In this document: positions 52,819 through 64,000 of the stretch, piece after piece | Numbering within the stretch: the first letter of the stretch is position 1 | Layout of the letters: each line of letters begins with the position of its first letter | Assembly: GCF_036321535.1 (NCBI RefSeq) | Contig: NC_087437.1 | Span: forward strand, 87,546,001-87,610,000 | Reading direction: 5' to 3' | Source of the DNA: Camelus dromedarius | Taxonomy: Eukaryota | DNA length: 64,000 nucleotides | The notes under the pieces: generated by a model | The model's input: only the letters and a program-made list of their open reading frames with translations | Databases searched by the model: none | Told to the model about the DNA's origin: nothing | Made by a program: the position numbers and the translations under genes

Positions 52819-53629
52819 AATAAGTTTTTATCTTGGCTCTTCTGATTACAGATTCTCCACCCCGACTCCTGGCCCCAGTTCTTCCTAATAAATTTAGATT
52901 TTTCATGTGTGTTGCCTTTTTGTTTTCAGACATGCTTCGGTGACTCCCAATAGGCATAACTTTTATCATTTTCCACCGATTTCCTATTTTTCTATCCAAA
53001 AAAAATTGTATGCATCAGTAAAATAAATTGGACTTCAAGTGTTGTTTTGAAATGTATTAAGAAAAGGTCTGTGAATGAAACCTTCGCTAAGTGAGCAATT
53101 TGCAGTTGAAAAGCAATTCCAATTACCAGTAGCCAAGTTCCCAGACCTCTTTGTGGTGGTATTTGTAGCTGATTAAATTTCTTCTAATTATATGTACAAG
53201 CACACAACATGAAAATTAAATGAAACATATTACTTCTTTGGGAAATAACAATGTATTCCTGAAATAGCATTCTGAATATGACATTCTGCTCCAAATAAGT
53301 GAAATCACAGTTAGCATTTTGTATTTAGAACAAATGAGATCCAATTGGGTTTATATAAAACAGTAAGTGGAAAATTACTTATAAAAAACTAGAGTAAAAT
53401 TTCTAAATTTCTTAATATTATCCACCTCTCTTACTTTTCTTTATATTGGCTAAAAAATAAAGGCTATTTTAAAGGAACATTTTCCTATGGTGAAAACTTC
53501 AGGCACTTTGAGAGTGGAAAAAGTGTTTCTGAAACAAAACAAATCAAAAAACCTTTCTTGGCAAGGAATATGTTAGGTAATTATCTAGTCAGGGGTAAAT
53601 GAACAAAATGTAGATAATCTGTATGCAAT

Positions 53630-54505
53630 TTTTAATAGAATCTAGTTTTAGAGCAGTTTTAGATTTCCAGCAATATTAAGAAGGTACAGAGATTTCTCAT
53701 GCAATCCTTGTCCCAACACATGCATAGCTTCCAGAATTATCAACATGTCCACCAGAGGGGCACATCTGCTGTAATTGGTGAACCTACACTGACACATCAT
53801 AATCACCCCAAACCCAGTTTACACTGGGTTTCACTCTTAGTATTGTACATTCTGTGGGATTGGACAGACATATAATGACATGTAGCCATCATAATAGTGT
53901 CATACAGGATAGTTTCACTGTCCTAAAAAATCCTCTGTGCTTCACCAATTCAGCACTGCCTCTCTCCTAACCTCTGGAAATCACTGATCCTTTTACAGAC
54001 TCCATAGTTTTTCCTTTCCAGAATGTCATATACTTGGAATCATATGGTTTGTACATTTTTCATATTGACTTCTTTCACTTAGTAATATGCATTTATTCCC
54101 CTGTGTCTTTTCATGGCTCATTTCTTTTTAGTGCTGAATTATATTCCATTGTTGAGATGTACCACTTTATTCATTCACCAGTGACACTGACAGATATCTT
54201 GGTTGCTTCCAAGTTGAACAATTATGAATAGAGCTGCTATAAAAGTGAGTGTGAAGGTTTTTGTGTAGACATAAGTTTTCAGTTAAATACCAAGGAGCAT
54301 GACTGCTGGACTTTTTGGTGAGAGAATGTCTAGTTTAATGAGAAACCACCAAACTGTCTTTGAAAGTGGCTGCATGATTGTGCACTCCCACCAACAATAC
54401 ATGAGAGTTTCTGTTGCTCCACATCTTCGCCAGCATTTGGTTTTGTCTGTGTTCTAGATTTTGGTCATTCTAATAAGCATGTAGTGGTATCTCGTTGTTT
54501 TTCTA
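53630..54505 (-). mobile_element. L1MC1/2-like 3' end
   Basis: ttttagagcagttttagatt...gaacctacactgacacatcataatcaccc...gttgctccacatcttcgccagcatttgg. Confidence 0.85.
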
Positions 54506-54944
54506 TGTCATTTTGCCATCAAAGTTGTATGCCTTGCCCAGCTCTGTCAGCAGGGTAGGTGGTTAAAAGGCTACACATTTCAAACACATCATCTTGCCAC
54601 ACTATGAAACTGAGACAACTGGGAAAGGAAGAAAAAATAATTTTAAATAAAAACAGTCTAATATCTGAAAGAAACTTGCATTCCTTAGGATTTACTAAAG
54701 ATCACTATAATGGCCATTCATTAATAGCTAGCATTTATTGAGCACTTCATTTTTTTTTAACTTAAACCTTTCAACAACCCCTCAAAGGGGGATATTTTTA
54801 TCCCACTGTATTGATCAGGGGCCAGAAAGAAGTTCAAAAACTTATTAGTAATATAAAGAGGAAAAATTCACTATACAAATTATTCACTGGAAAAGCATAG
54901 TTAATTTCAACAAATACTAAGAGAAAACTTTAAAGATTGCAGGA

Positions 54945-55465
54945 GTAGTCAAGGTAGGGAGCAGCTACTCCTTTTAAAAGAGTGGAAGGGGAAAGTACGT
55001 CCCCAAAGTGGAGAGAAACACACACCTCAATGAAGAGGGCATGGCAACGGCCTCTCGGACAGTAGAGAAGTCCCCCTAGTGCCCAGCACCAGAGCTGGTC
55101 TGCAAAGGCAGGCCAAAATTGGTGACCAGAAAGTTGACCACCAGGTTTCTGGAGGGCAGGAGCTGGTGAATAGAAAGCTACTCACTGGAGTGCTGGCAAA
55201 CCCATGGGAGAGTGAGTACCACTGGGTCTCCCACACAGTCTGGGTGGATGTGATGTAGGAGCAAGATGGAAAGCACACTAGAACGAGGAAGGGAAGCCCC
55301 TTCTGTGTTGTGTCTGGCGGTGTCCCTCCAGCGCCTTCTCCTGGCAAAGCCTAAAGTTGCTCCAACTGGAAAAGAGAAGCTGACAGAAGCCAGCTCCAGA
55401 ATCGGGAAGCTGAGCCCAGAAGAGCAGATTTAGAGCTGAGAGGCAATCAGCTGACGACTGGCACG
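54945..55465 (-). mobile_element. LTR41-like ERVL solo LTR
   Basis: tccctccagcgccttctcctggcaaagcc...gatttagagctgagaggcaatcagctgacgactggcac resembles the LTR41 end in antisense. Confidence 0.55.
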
Positions 55466-56257
55466 TCCTCTCTGTGGAAGAGAAAGCCGAAGCTTATTGA
55501 GCCCCTGTGACTAGGACATGCAAAAGCAAGAGTCCAACTCGTTTAAATAGAACACTCTTAATCCCTAATCACTGTGTTGTATCAGTAACAAGCCGCCCGG
55601 CCACAGGATTCCTATTCCACATACCACCATGAATATTTCCAGTTTCTATAAATTTGAGGTGACTTGTCTTCTGTTCTAATTGTAACTGTATTTTTTAACT
55701 TTGACTTGATTTCAATCACGAAGCAGTTTGCAGAAGGGATGCAAATATGCCACCACATTGAAGGCAGAAGTAACCACAGACAATAAAGGAAACTTCATTC
55801 TATGGAAATACGCCAGCTACCTTAGGACCGTTTGAAGATGCTTCCTCTTTGGCCTCATGGTCTATATTTTCTGCCACCAGACACAAGTGGCCCATGGATG
55901 AAATTCTACTACATTAGGAAGTAATGTTCTTCATAATGTAAATTACTCAGTGGACTTCCTCCACGTAAGTCTACTGGACTTTTATTAAGTCTATACCTCA
56001 CAACTGTTTGGATAGACCCTCTGGATTTATATCTATTCTTGTCTGGCTCGTTAGTTTATCTTGATATATTGTAATTTTGTGATGTTTAAAAATTATTCAC
56101 GTTGTTTAAAATGGTCTTTGCTTAGTGTAGTAATTTTAAATGTACATGGATATCGAAATTAAAAATAACAAACTCCTTCCACTTTTACTCACAAGATGTA
56201 AAAATGTCTATGATGTAAACACTGAAGTTGCTACGTCTGGCAAAAAACACAGTCGGT

Positions 56258-56699
56258 ATAGATTAGAGTTCATTTTGTGTGTCAACCTGGCTGGTCTAAG
56301 GGATGCTCAGATGCCTGATGAAATGGTACTTCTAGGTGTGCTGGTGTGCATGTATACGGAAGAGATTAGCGTTTGAGTTGGTAGGCTGAGTAAAGAAGAC
56401 TGCCTTCAATGTCAGTGGGCATCAATGGTTGAGGGCCTGGAGAGAACAAAAAGGCAGAGGAGGGGCAAATCTGCTCTCCACTTGAGCTGAGATGTCCTCC
56501 TTCCCTCCAGCATCAGCACGCCTGGTGCTTGAGCCTTTGGACTTAGACTGAATTACACCACCAGCTTTCCTGCCTCTCTGGCTTGTAGACGGCAGGCAGT
56601 GGAACTTCTCAGCTTCCACAACTGTGTGAGTCAATTCCTGCATCATAGACGTATGTAAACTGTTGGTGGTTCAGTTTCTCTGGTGACCTGACGAATACA
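56258..56699 (+). mobile_element. MLT2-family ERVL solo LTR
   Basis: ttttgtgtgtcaacctggctgg.ctaagggatgc...gaagagattagc...ggacttagactgaattacaccaccagctttcctg...ggttcagtttctctgg..acctgacgaataca. Confidence 0.88.
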
Positions 56700-57389
56700 G
56701 AAAGAGGGGTAAATTATGCCCTGCTGACATTTATATCTGGAGCAAGCAAGCCTTCCATGTTTCAGATTCAGAAGTTTCCTTTGGGGATTTTAGCCAGTTT
56801 GAAATAGGTTGTCTGTCACTTGCTGTCAGGTAAATCCTAAACACATGAATAGGTAGATCTATAGTATATTTTTGCTCATCTGCTCCCCATGACATTCATT
56901 AATCAAGAGTTTTTCTTTTGTTTATGAAAACATATGAAGATTAACACATATATGAAAGGCTTTCTATATTTTCATTTTTGTTGTGGAAGAAATGGATCAA
57001 ACTCGTCACATGACCTGTTATTTACTTCTTTTCTTGGAAAGACTTTCATATTTTATTAGATGACTGTATCACATTCTCTAATATTTAGGTACCAAAATAG
57101 AGTCAACCGTACTCTTCTCAATGGTCTGGGGATTTTTTTTTGGGGGGGGTGATGGGGAGAGCTCTTTTTGTATATGAAATAAAATTGCAATAAACATTCT
57201 TGTTCATCTATTTTTAAACACTGGCATTTAAACATTGTCAAATGGAGCCTGAAAGTGTAGCTGTGTACACAGGAGGTTGTTTTCAGAAAACTACATTCAA
57301 CTTTTGACAGCCACGTCTCAATTTCTTTCTGAGGAACTATTTACTGCAGAGTTCATGTGGCTTTGGCAGAGCTGATTCTACTCAGACTC

Positions 57390-57790
57390 ATAAGTGCCAT
57401 ATATTCAGAAATTTCTGATCAGATATTATTATTATCCTGGTCACAGAGGGTAGTTAAAATACGGACATGGGAACCCATCAGAATAATGAGATCCTATGAG
57501 ATTTTCACTCGGACCAAATGCTGGTACTCTTTTGTATACACTATGACACTTTCAGAATGTAAGTTCCAGAGATGCTACACCATTCTGGAAATTAAATCAA
57601 AACAGAAGATGGAGCTAAAGATGAGAGAGAGAGAGAGAGGTAAATTGATCATCATTGATACTGTTTTGGTCCTGAATCAAGCTTAACCTGAAATCCTTGG
57701 ATTTTCATTTCATCAGCCAATAAATTGTATTTAGGAGTTCACTCAGTTTGAAATAATTTTTCTCACTTGCTACCACAGGAATCCTATGTG
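57390..57790 (+). mobile_element. MLT1 (J/K-like) MaLR LTR
   Basis: cctgaatcaagcttaacctgaa..ccttggattttca...agccaataaatt...tctcacttgctacc. Confidence 0.6.
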
Positions 57791-57799
57791 GTAAAAAGA

Positions 57800-58085
57800 G
57801 TACAACTATTTTAAAAAATAAGTAGTGACAGATTTCCCCAACATTTCAGTAATTTATAAATGCATAAACTAATGGGAGTATTCATTTCCTCACATATTTG
57901 CTAGCTCAAAAGCTATTAATCATTTTAACTTTTGTCAATATTCTGGACAGAAAATGGTATCTTACTGTTATTTTAATTTGTATTTTCTTTTTTGGTGATG
58001 AAACTGAGTATTTCTTCCTATACACCGATCATTAGGATTTCATATTTGAATTGCCTGTTGATGCATTTTTATCTCTCCTTCCTAC
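57800..58085 (-). mobile_element. Old L1 fragment
   Basis: gaaaatggtatcttactgttattttaatttgtatttt...tgaattgcctgttgatgc. Confidence 0.6.
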
Positions 58086-59107
58086 TGTTTCTAAATCACC
58101 CAGGGTTACACTCTGGACTTTAAATGTAGCTAAATCTATCCAGCAAACCACCTAGAAACATTTTCCAAGAACTGCTCTCAGGAATATCCCCATATTAACT
58201 CTCTGAGGCTTACTGATCTCTGATCTCATCTTCCTGCTTCTTTCTCCAGTATAATAATTTGTAAAATGTTCACTGTACAATATCTGACTGGGCTTTGTCT
58301 GATACCCTATGTCTTATTAACATACAAATGAGAAAACTATGCAATTTCTTTGCACATTTTAATAGTCTGGGGCCCTTAAGTACTGTTCCAAAGGACTGAA
58401 GACTAACAAATGACCAAAAAGCATGTTTTATAGGAGTAGAAAAACAGTATATTTAGCTAAAACAGTATATTATTTTCCCAAAAAGTCACCTGGAAACCTA
58501 TTTTCATGCAATCTGCTTTAACTTCTAACTTGAAGTCAATAAGCAGAATCATTTTGGTTAGTTATAATTATTTTCTATGAAACAGATCAGTCTGAAAGAG
58601 CCTCATTATATAGTTTTCAGCAGCTACTTTATTATATTATATAATATATATTACATAATATTATTTATATTATATTGTATCATAATGCTTCAGTAGTATT
58701 AGTGCAACTCAGATAAGCATTCTCCAGAATTAACCAGTTTGTCATCCAGCTGAACATCACTAATTGGCATTTGATTTCACCATTTTACATTCTTAACATT
58801 TCTATGTTATATTTAGTCACGTTTTATTTAATTCAGTGTTTCCAAAATATGAATCACTTTCATACTGTTTTCATGGCTTTTGCCTCAAACTGAGACAAAA
58901 GCCACGATGAACATAAGGAGGCTGAGCTGGCAGCGCCAGGGGTGGGTGGAGGCGTGGAGGCTGCATTGGGGTGAGCTGAGGACCCCAGGATGGGCTGGGG
59001 AAGAAGCCAAGAGACACATGTCCCTACTGCACATGGCCTCACAGTTGGTCTTCCTGAGACTATCCTGTAGGCGGCAAGTTTTCCTAAAAACTAAAAAATG
59101 TACTTGA

Positions 59108-59316
59108 AGTGTCACCAGATACCATATGTCCTCTGAATATACCAAATTTGATCTGTCGCCTATATTTTTATGGCCCACAAGCTAAGAATATTTTTTCAGT
59201 ATTTTAAATAGTTACTTCATTAAAGATAAGTACCAATATTCTATTCTCTATTTTACCTCTCAGCTCCCCCCAGTATTTACTTTTTTGGCATTTTGTGAAA
59301 AAGTTTGCCAACCACC
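59108..59316 (+). mobile_element. MER58-like hAT-Charlie MITE
   Basis: atggcccacaagctaagaatattttt...gaaaaagtttgccaaccacc. Confidence 0.75.
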
Positions 59317-60427
59317 GGAGCAAAGCATAGATGCCCTAACACATTTCAAAGAATTTTACTCAATATCCGATTAAAACGGGTATTTCAAGCTACTGTGTTG
59401 TGATCACATTTTCAAGGCTACCCAAGAAGACCTAAGCACTCCAAACATGCCTTTTAAAAATGCCTTTTATTTTACTGAATGATTATGCAATTTTCAAATA
59501 TTTTTAGGGCATAATTAATGGACATGAGGAATAGCACTGAAAATATTTATACTAATGGGTCCTTGGTGACCTATGTTCTCTGAAGTGCCAGTGTTCTCAG
59601 TAGTTCTGAAGTTTTCTGTTCAACACTTAAAAAGTGCTATTATTGATTTCCTTACTTGGAGTGAGGAGGCGGGAAGGGCGCTTTACTGTAATAACAGTAT
59701 CAAGCTGTAAAAGAGAAGGTCAAGGTTAAGGAATATAACAGATGCCTATGAAAGCAGGTTATAAGTCAGTTAATAAATTAAAGGTGGCAGATGACATCTA
59801 TAGGTGCCTGTCCTCTGGATATTCTTGGAAGAATGAGTTCCTATCATGGTTGTCAAAGATTATGCATCACTCGAAGAAGTCCATGCTAATCAGTCCATGA
59901 CTGACATTCTCCTTGGATCTGTTCAAGTCCTTCACATAGGGCTAAGTCATCACTGAAGAAACACAAATGGAAATAAATTAAATTGATTCTTTCAGCAAAT
60001 TGCTTTGCCAAGAGCACATCAGTAAAGTGTCCTTTAGAAAAGTGGATAAAAAGGAAAATATTTTGAACATATTTACACTGATTCATAAAATTAGGGACAA
60101 CGTTAATAAAAAAAAAAGGAAGTGAAATTTCTCCCAAACTATATTCTATTGCTAGTAGTCAATGGACCACAGTTCACTGATTGTTGCTTTGGCAAAACAC
60201 ACATCCTTTGAGCTTTATGGTAAAATACGTCAGATATGCAAAAAGTGATACAAGAACACTTTCATACCTGTAAACTAGCTTTACAAAAAGCATTACGAAA
60301 AAATATGTAGAACTCCATTAATGATTATCCTCACTCCTCTTATATAAAACTGCAATCCAGAAAATTTGTTTTTGGTTCATTCCCAAGCATGTCATCATAT
60401 TAAAATAGCCTATGTTCCAAATTATTA

Positions 60428-60466
60428 TACACACACACACACACACACACATACACACACACACAA
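60428..60466. repeat. (CA)n microsatellite
   Basis: About 18 CA units with one interruption. Confidence 0.95.
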
Positions 60467-60479
60467 CAGGCTGATGGTA

Positions 60480-61620
60480 ATATAGTATATGATGTTTAAC
60501 TTACTTTAAATTTTATGTGAATGGTATCATATTGGATATTTCCTTCTGCATCTATATCTTCATTCATTATTGTATTTTGGAGATATTAACACAGTTTCAG
60601 TTCATTAACTTTTACTGTGAAATACTGTATATAATGGTGTAAATAAAAAATTGTTTCTATTACCATCCTGGTACATATCTCTCTATGTACATGTGCAAGA
60701 GTTTCTCGGGGGTACATTATAGTGATTTAAATTTCGGAGTTTATGATTACATAAATTTCATCTGATATTTCCTGTTAAATTGTCTCCGATGGAGTTGTTC
60801 TAGTTAATTTAATTTTCCCCACCACTTTTTTTTTAACTGAAGTACAGTTTACAATGTTGTGTGAGTTTCTGATGTACAGCATAATAGTTCAGTCATACAT
60901 ACACATACATATTTGTTTTCATAGTCTTTTTCATTGTAGGTGACTACAAGACATTGAATATGGTTCCCTGTGCTCTACAGAAGAAACTTGCTGTTTATCT
61001 GTTTTATATACAGGAGTTAGTATCTGCAAAAAGTTAACACATCATTGCTAGCGTGTGATATTATTCAACTTCTCAATATTTGCAAGGCTTTTTTGATTTG
61101 AATTGTGATTGAGGTTAAGCCTCTGTGCGTGCATGTGTGTGCGTGTGTATGTGGTGTGCATGTGTGTGGTGGTGTTTCTTAGCCATTGGTATGTTTCCTC
61201 TTATTTAAATTCTCAGTTCTTATATTTTCTGTCAATTGTGCTTTTGGATTATCTTTTTCTTACCAGTTCATTCGGTTCTTTACCTGTCTAGATACTGAAT
61301 TTGAGCTGCATGACTGCCTTATCTTCTCCCAGGCTTTGCTTGTCATTTCCTCCATTTAAACATATCTTTTGAGAAATAGAAGGTTGTAATTTTAATGTAC
61401 TCAAATTTATCATAATTTTCCTTCTCATCCATGCTTTTTGGATTTGTTTAAGAAATTTTCTCCTAGTCTCAGTACAAAAATATCCTTCAGTATGTTCTTG
61501 TAAAAGTTTTAAAGTTTTGTTTGTCACTTTTAGCTCTATATTCCACTCAGATTTAGGTATGTAGTATGAACTAGAAATTTAATTTCACTTTTTTTCCAGC
61601 TAGATCTCCATATTGCTCAC
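60480..61620 (-). mobile_element. Old L1 (L1ME-like) interrupted by a short younger L1
   Basis: tgtgaatggtatcatat...gtacatgtgcaagagtttctc; tttaatgtactcaaatttatc...tttaagaaattttctcct. Confidence 0.6.
60826..61028 (-). mobile_element. Short L1 3' UTR insertion (same broad family as 41566-42168)
   Basis: ttttttttaactgaagtacagtttacaatgttgtg...gttagtatctgcaaa. Confidence 0.88.
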
Positions 61621-62757
61621 AGATGCCTAAAAGATGATTTTTCCCAAATATTTCATCTTTCATATTTAGTTGCTATCAATTATTCCAGGTGTACAGTACA
61701 CTTTACAGCCAGAAATGATAGCTAGATAAAAATTAGTTAGTAAATCCTAAAACCATAGCACTCTGTACATTTCAATATCTATTCTATGCAATCTATCTTT
61801 TTCTAGTGTCATCATAATTTCTTAAAAACAGCTACCAACATTTTGTAATTTTCCTTCACTATTTTGTAATTTTCTGTGAAGTTCAAACTTACGTGAGGGT
61901 TATAGTCATGGATGAGAGAGCTGGCTAATTAGAGTTTGTAAACTTAAAGGAGTTTTGCACTAAGGTGACATCTGACTGGGTTTACGGAACACGAATGGAA
62001 ATGAGCCGACTCAGAGTGGAGGACGACCTTGGCAGACAGGACAGCAGGGGGCTCTTGGCGGCAGCGCCGCAGGGAGCCCTCCATGAAGGGAGGACGAGGC
62101 AGAGAGTCGCTGGACCACATCCTGAAGGATCGCGTTTGCCTGGTTGAGACACCTGGACTCTATGATATTGTCAACGCAGAGAACTAGACCAGTTTTAGGA
62201 GGAGACTCAACATATTAAAATTTGTGTATTAAAAAGAAAACTCTTTGTGTTGAATGTTTTTTCCCTCAGCTCTCTTCTACCTTGGATCACAAATTTGTAT
62301 CATTGTTTCGTTAGAAAAGAGAGCTCATCCTCTAGAAATTGTTAATTACTTGCTGCTGGTTTTGAAAGCTTTCCTTGGTTTTTTGGTTCCAGATCTTTAA
62401 ACCTCACTGTGAACCAACCCAATTGTTGAGAAACATTGGACACAGCCATTGGGAAATCTTAACCATATGTGCTAGAGTGGCTGCAAAGAAAATACATAGG
62501 GCTTAGGCCAGAAACTTCAGTGCTTTGTTGAATACATATGTCGATTTTACACAACCAATCAAAGCAAATATATAAAACTGCTCCTTAATTCTGTATAAAA
62601 AATCTCTAACTGTTGCTTTATTCTGTAATATCAGATACCTGAATTCAAGGGAATTCTAGATTTTATTTGTTTTGATCTCTGTTTCCTCTTTTAATATCTA
62701 GGATAAGTATACCAAGGTAATTTTTAAAGGAGTTGAATATTATAAAAAATAGACTAT

Positions 62758-62826
62758 TTACACCTGAAACTAAATATAATGTTGTAAATCCCACTAACTT
62801 CAACAAAATAAATAAATTTTAAAAAG
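62758..62826 (+). mobile_element. Very short L1 3' tail
   Basis: acacctgaaactaaatataatgttgtaaatc...cttcaacaaaataaataaa. Confidence 0.65.
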
Positions 62827-62837
62827 CACTGTTAGTA

Positions 62838-62912
62838 GTGTGCATGTGTGTGTGCATGTGTGGTGTGTGTGTGGTGTGTGTGGTGTGTGTGGTGTGTGTG
62901 TGCATGTGTGTG
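62838..62912. repeat. Compound (TG)n microsatellite
   Basis: gtgtgcatgtgtgtgtgcatgtgtggtgtgtgtggtgtgtg... Confidence 0.95.
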
Positions 62913-64000
62913 AGGGAGGGTGGCAAGTGCAGGAGGGATTGGAACCCGGAGGCAGGAAAAGCATGTGTTTTAACTATACAGCAAGTCCACATTAAAAGCC
63001 ATCACACCAGTCCTAAGGTAATGTCAGGTACAAGGACAATTTGGAAGAGAGATGCATCTGTACTTTGTGAAAACTGAATGTGATGAGTGTAGAAGAAAAA
63101 ATATTTAAAGAAGGATCACCCTGGTTCAGTTTTGAGCCACTGGTTGATCGTTGATAGCTGCTGAGTGGCAAACACCAGGCCTTGTAGAGTGAGTAAAAGC
63201 TAAGACCTGATAAATCCAGGTCAGTGAATAATTCCTGAGTGCCTGTCATGTAGTGGTCCCTAGGAGTTGATATTATTCACCTCGGAGAATACAAAGTTAA
63301 AATATCCATAAACAATGTTGCTCGTTTGCATGAAATAATATTGCCCTGAGGGAGCTGGATAGCTCTTTTTTTTAACCGAAGATCGGAAAAGAGAAAAGGG
63401 ACTTTCATTACAGCTTTAGATGCAATATTGAATTACCATATAATGCTGAGAATATTTTGAATTATTTTTGTGTAAAGTGTCATGGAATCACATAAATCCA
63501 ATATAAACTGAAGTAAAAAAATTGAATCTGAAGAGAATTCACAAAGGGCAGTCACTTGTAAATAGTTCTAGTTGAGTGATATTTAATTTAATTACATTTT
63601 ACTCATCTTTTCCAAATAGTCTATTGTAAATGTGCACACATTTTATTAATGAATTTCTTTAAAAGTCTGAATGTCTGGAGGGGCCTGGTCCCTCTTAAAC
63701 TATTCCAAGTCTTTTTCTTTGAGTTGGAAATAGTTTTAACTGTGTAATACATGTCTGACTTTTCTTTAAGCATACAGTTACTTTTCTGTAGGTTAAATTT
63801 AAAGCACAATTCTTTTATTTGCCTCTGTATGTCTTGACAAGGTCTTTTTATTATGAACTTTCTGTCGTTATTTTCAGCAACTGTTGTTTTAAAGAAATAA
63901 CTACAGAATAGACATTCTCTGGGTCAACCATTGGCTTGCCTTTCACCTATCTCTTTATGAAGACATCTTGAATACTTCTCTTTGATTTTTTTCCAGAATT

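Noticed and set aside
58630..58685. AT-only quasi-palindrome
   Set aside because: Low-complexity (TA)-rich tract, common and uninformative
1..64000. CRISPR arrays, operons, tRNA/rRNA genes
   Set aside because: Sequence is mammalian repeat-rich DNA; no regularly spaced repeat-spacer array or structured RNA gene was recognised

Overview
AT-rich mammalian non-coding DNA (intronic or intergenic), heavily occupied by interspersed repeats: L1 of several ages, L2, MIR, MaLR/ERVL/ERV1-like solo LTRs, and hAT and Tigger MITEs. The young L1 3' ends resemble cetartiodactyl L1. With no recognisable Alu, B1, Bov-tA or PRE1 SINEs, a camelid source is plausible, but this is inference. No protein-coding gene could be recognised; the ORF track is chance ORFs plus L1 ORF2 remnants. 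Most notable: (1) a ~2.4 kb heavily decayed segment (about 31.3-33.7 kb, + strand) with collinear Ty3/Gypsy-like gag, zinc-knuckle, protease and RT motifs, sitting between two halves of an old L1; (2) an inverted pair of L1 3' ends sharing a perfectly identical 117-bp tract amid otherwise divergent sequence, suggesting gene conversion; (3) three minus-strand exon-like units with canonical splice signals, possibly a lncRNA or unannotated transcript; (4) several repeat-free blocks rich in homeodomain/SOX/POU motifs that look like enhancers. Repeat family names come from remembered consensus motifs, not a database search, and most boundaries are approximate.
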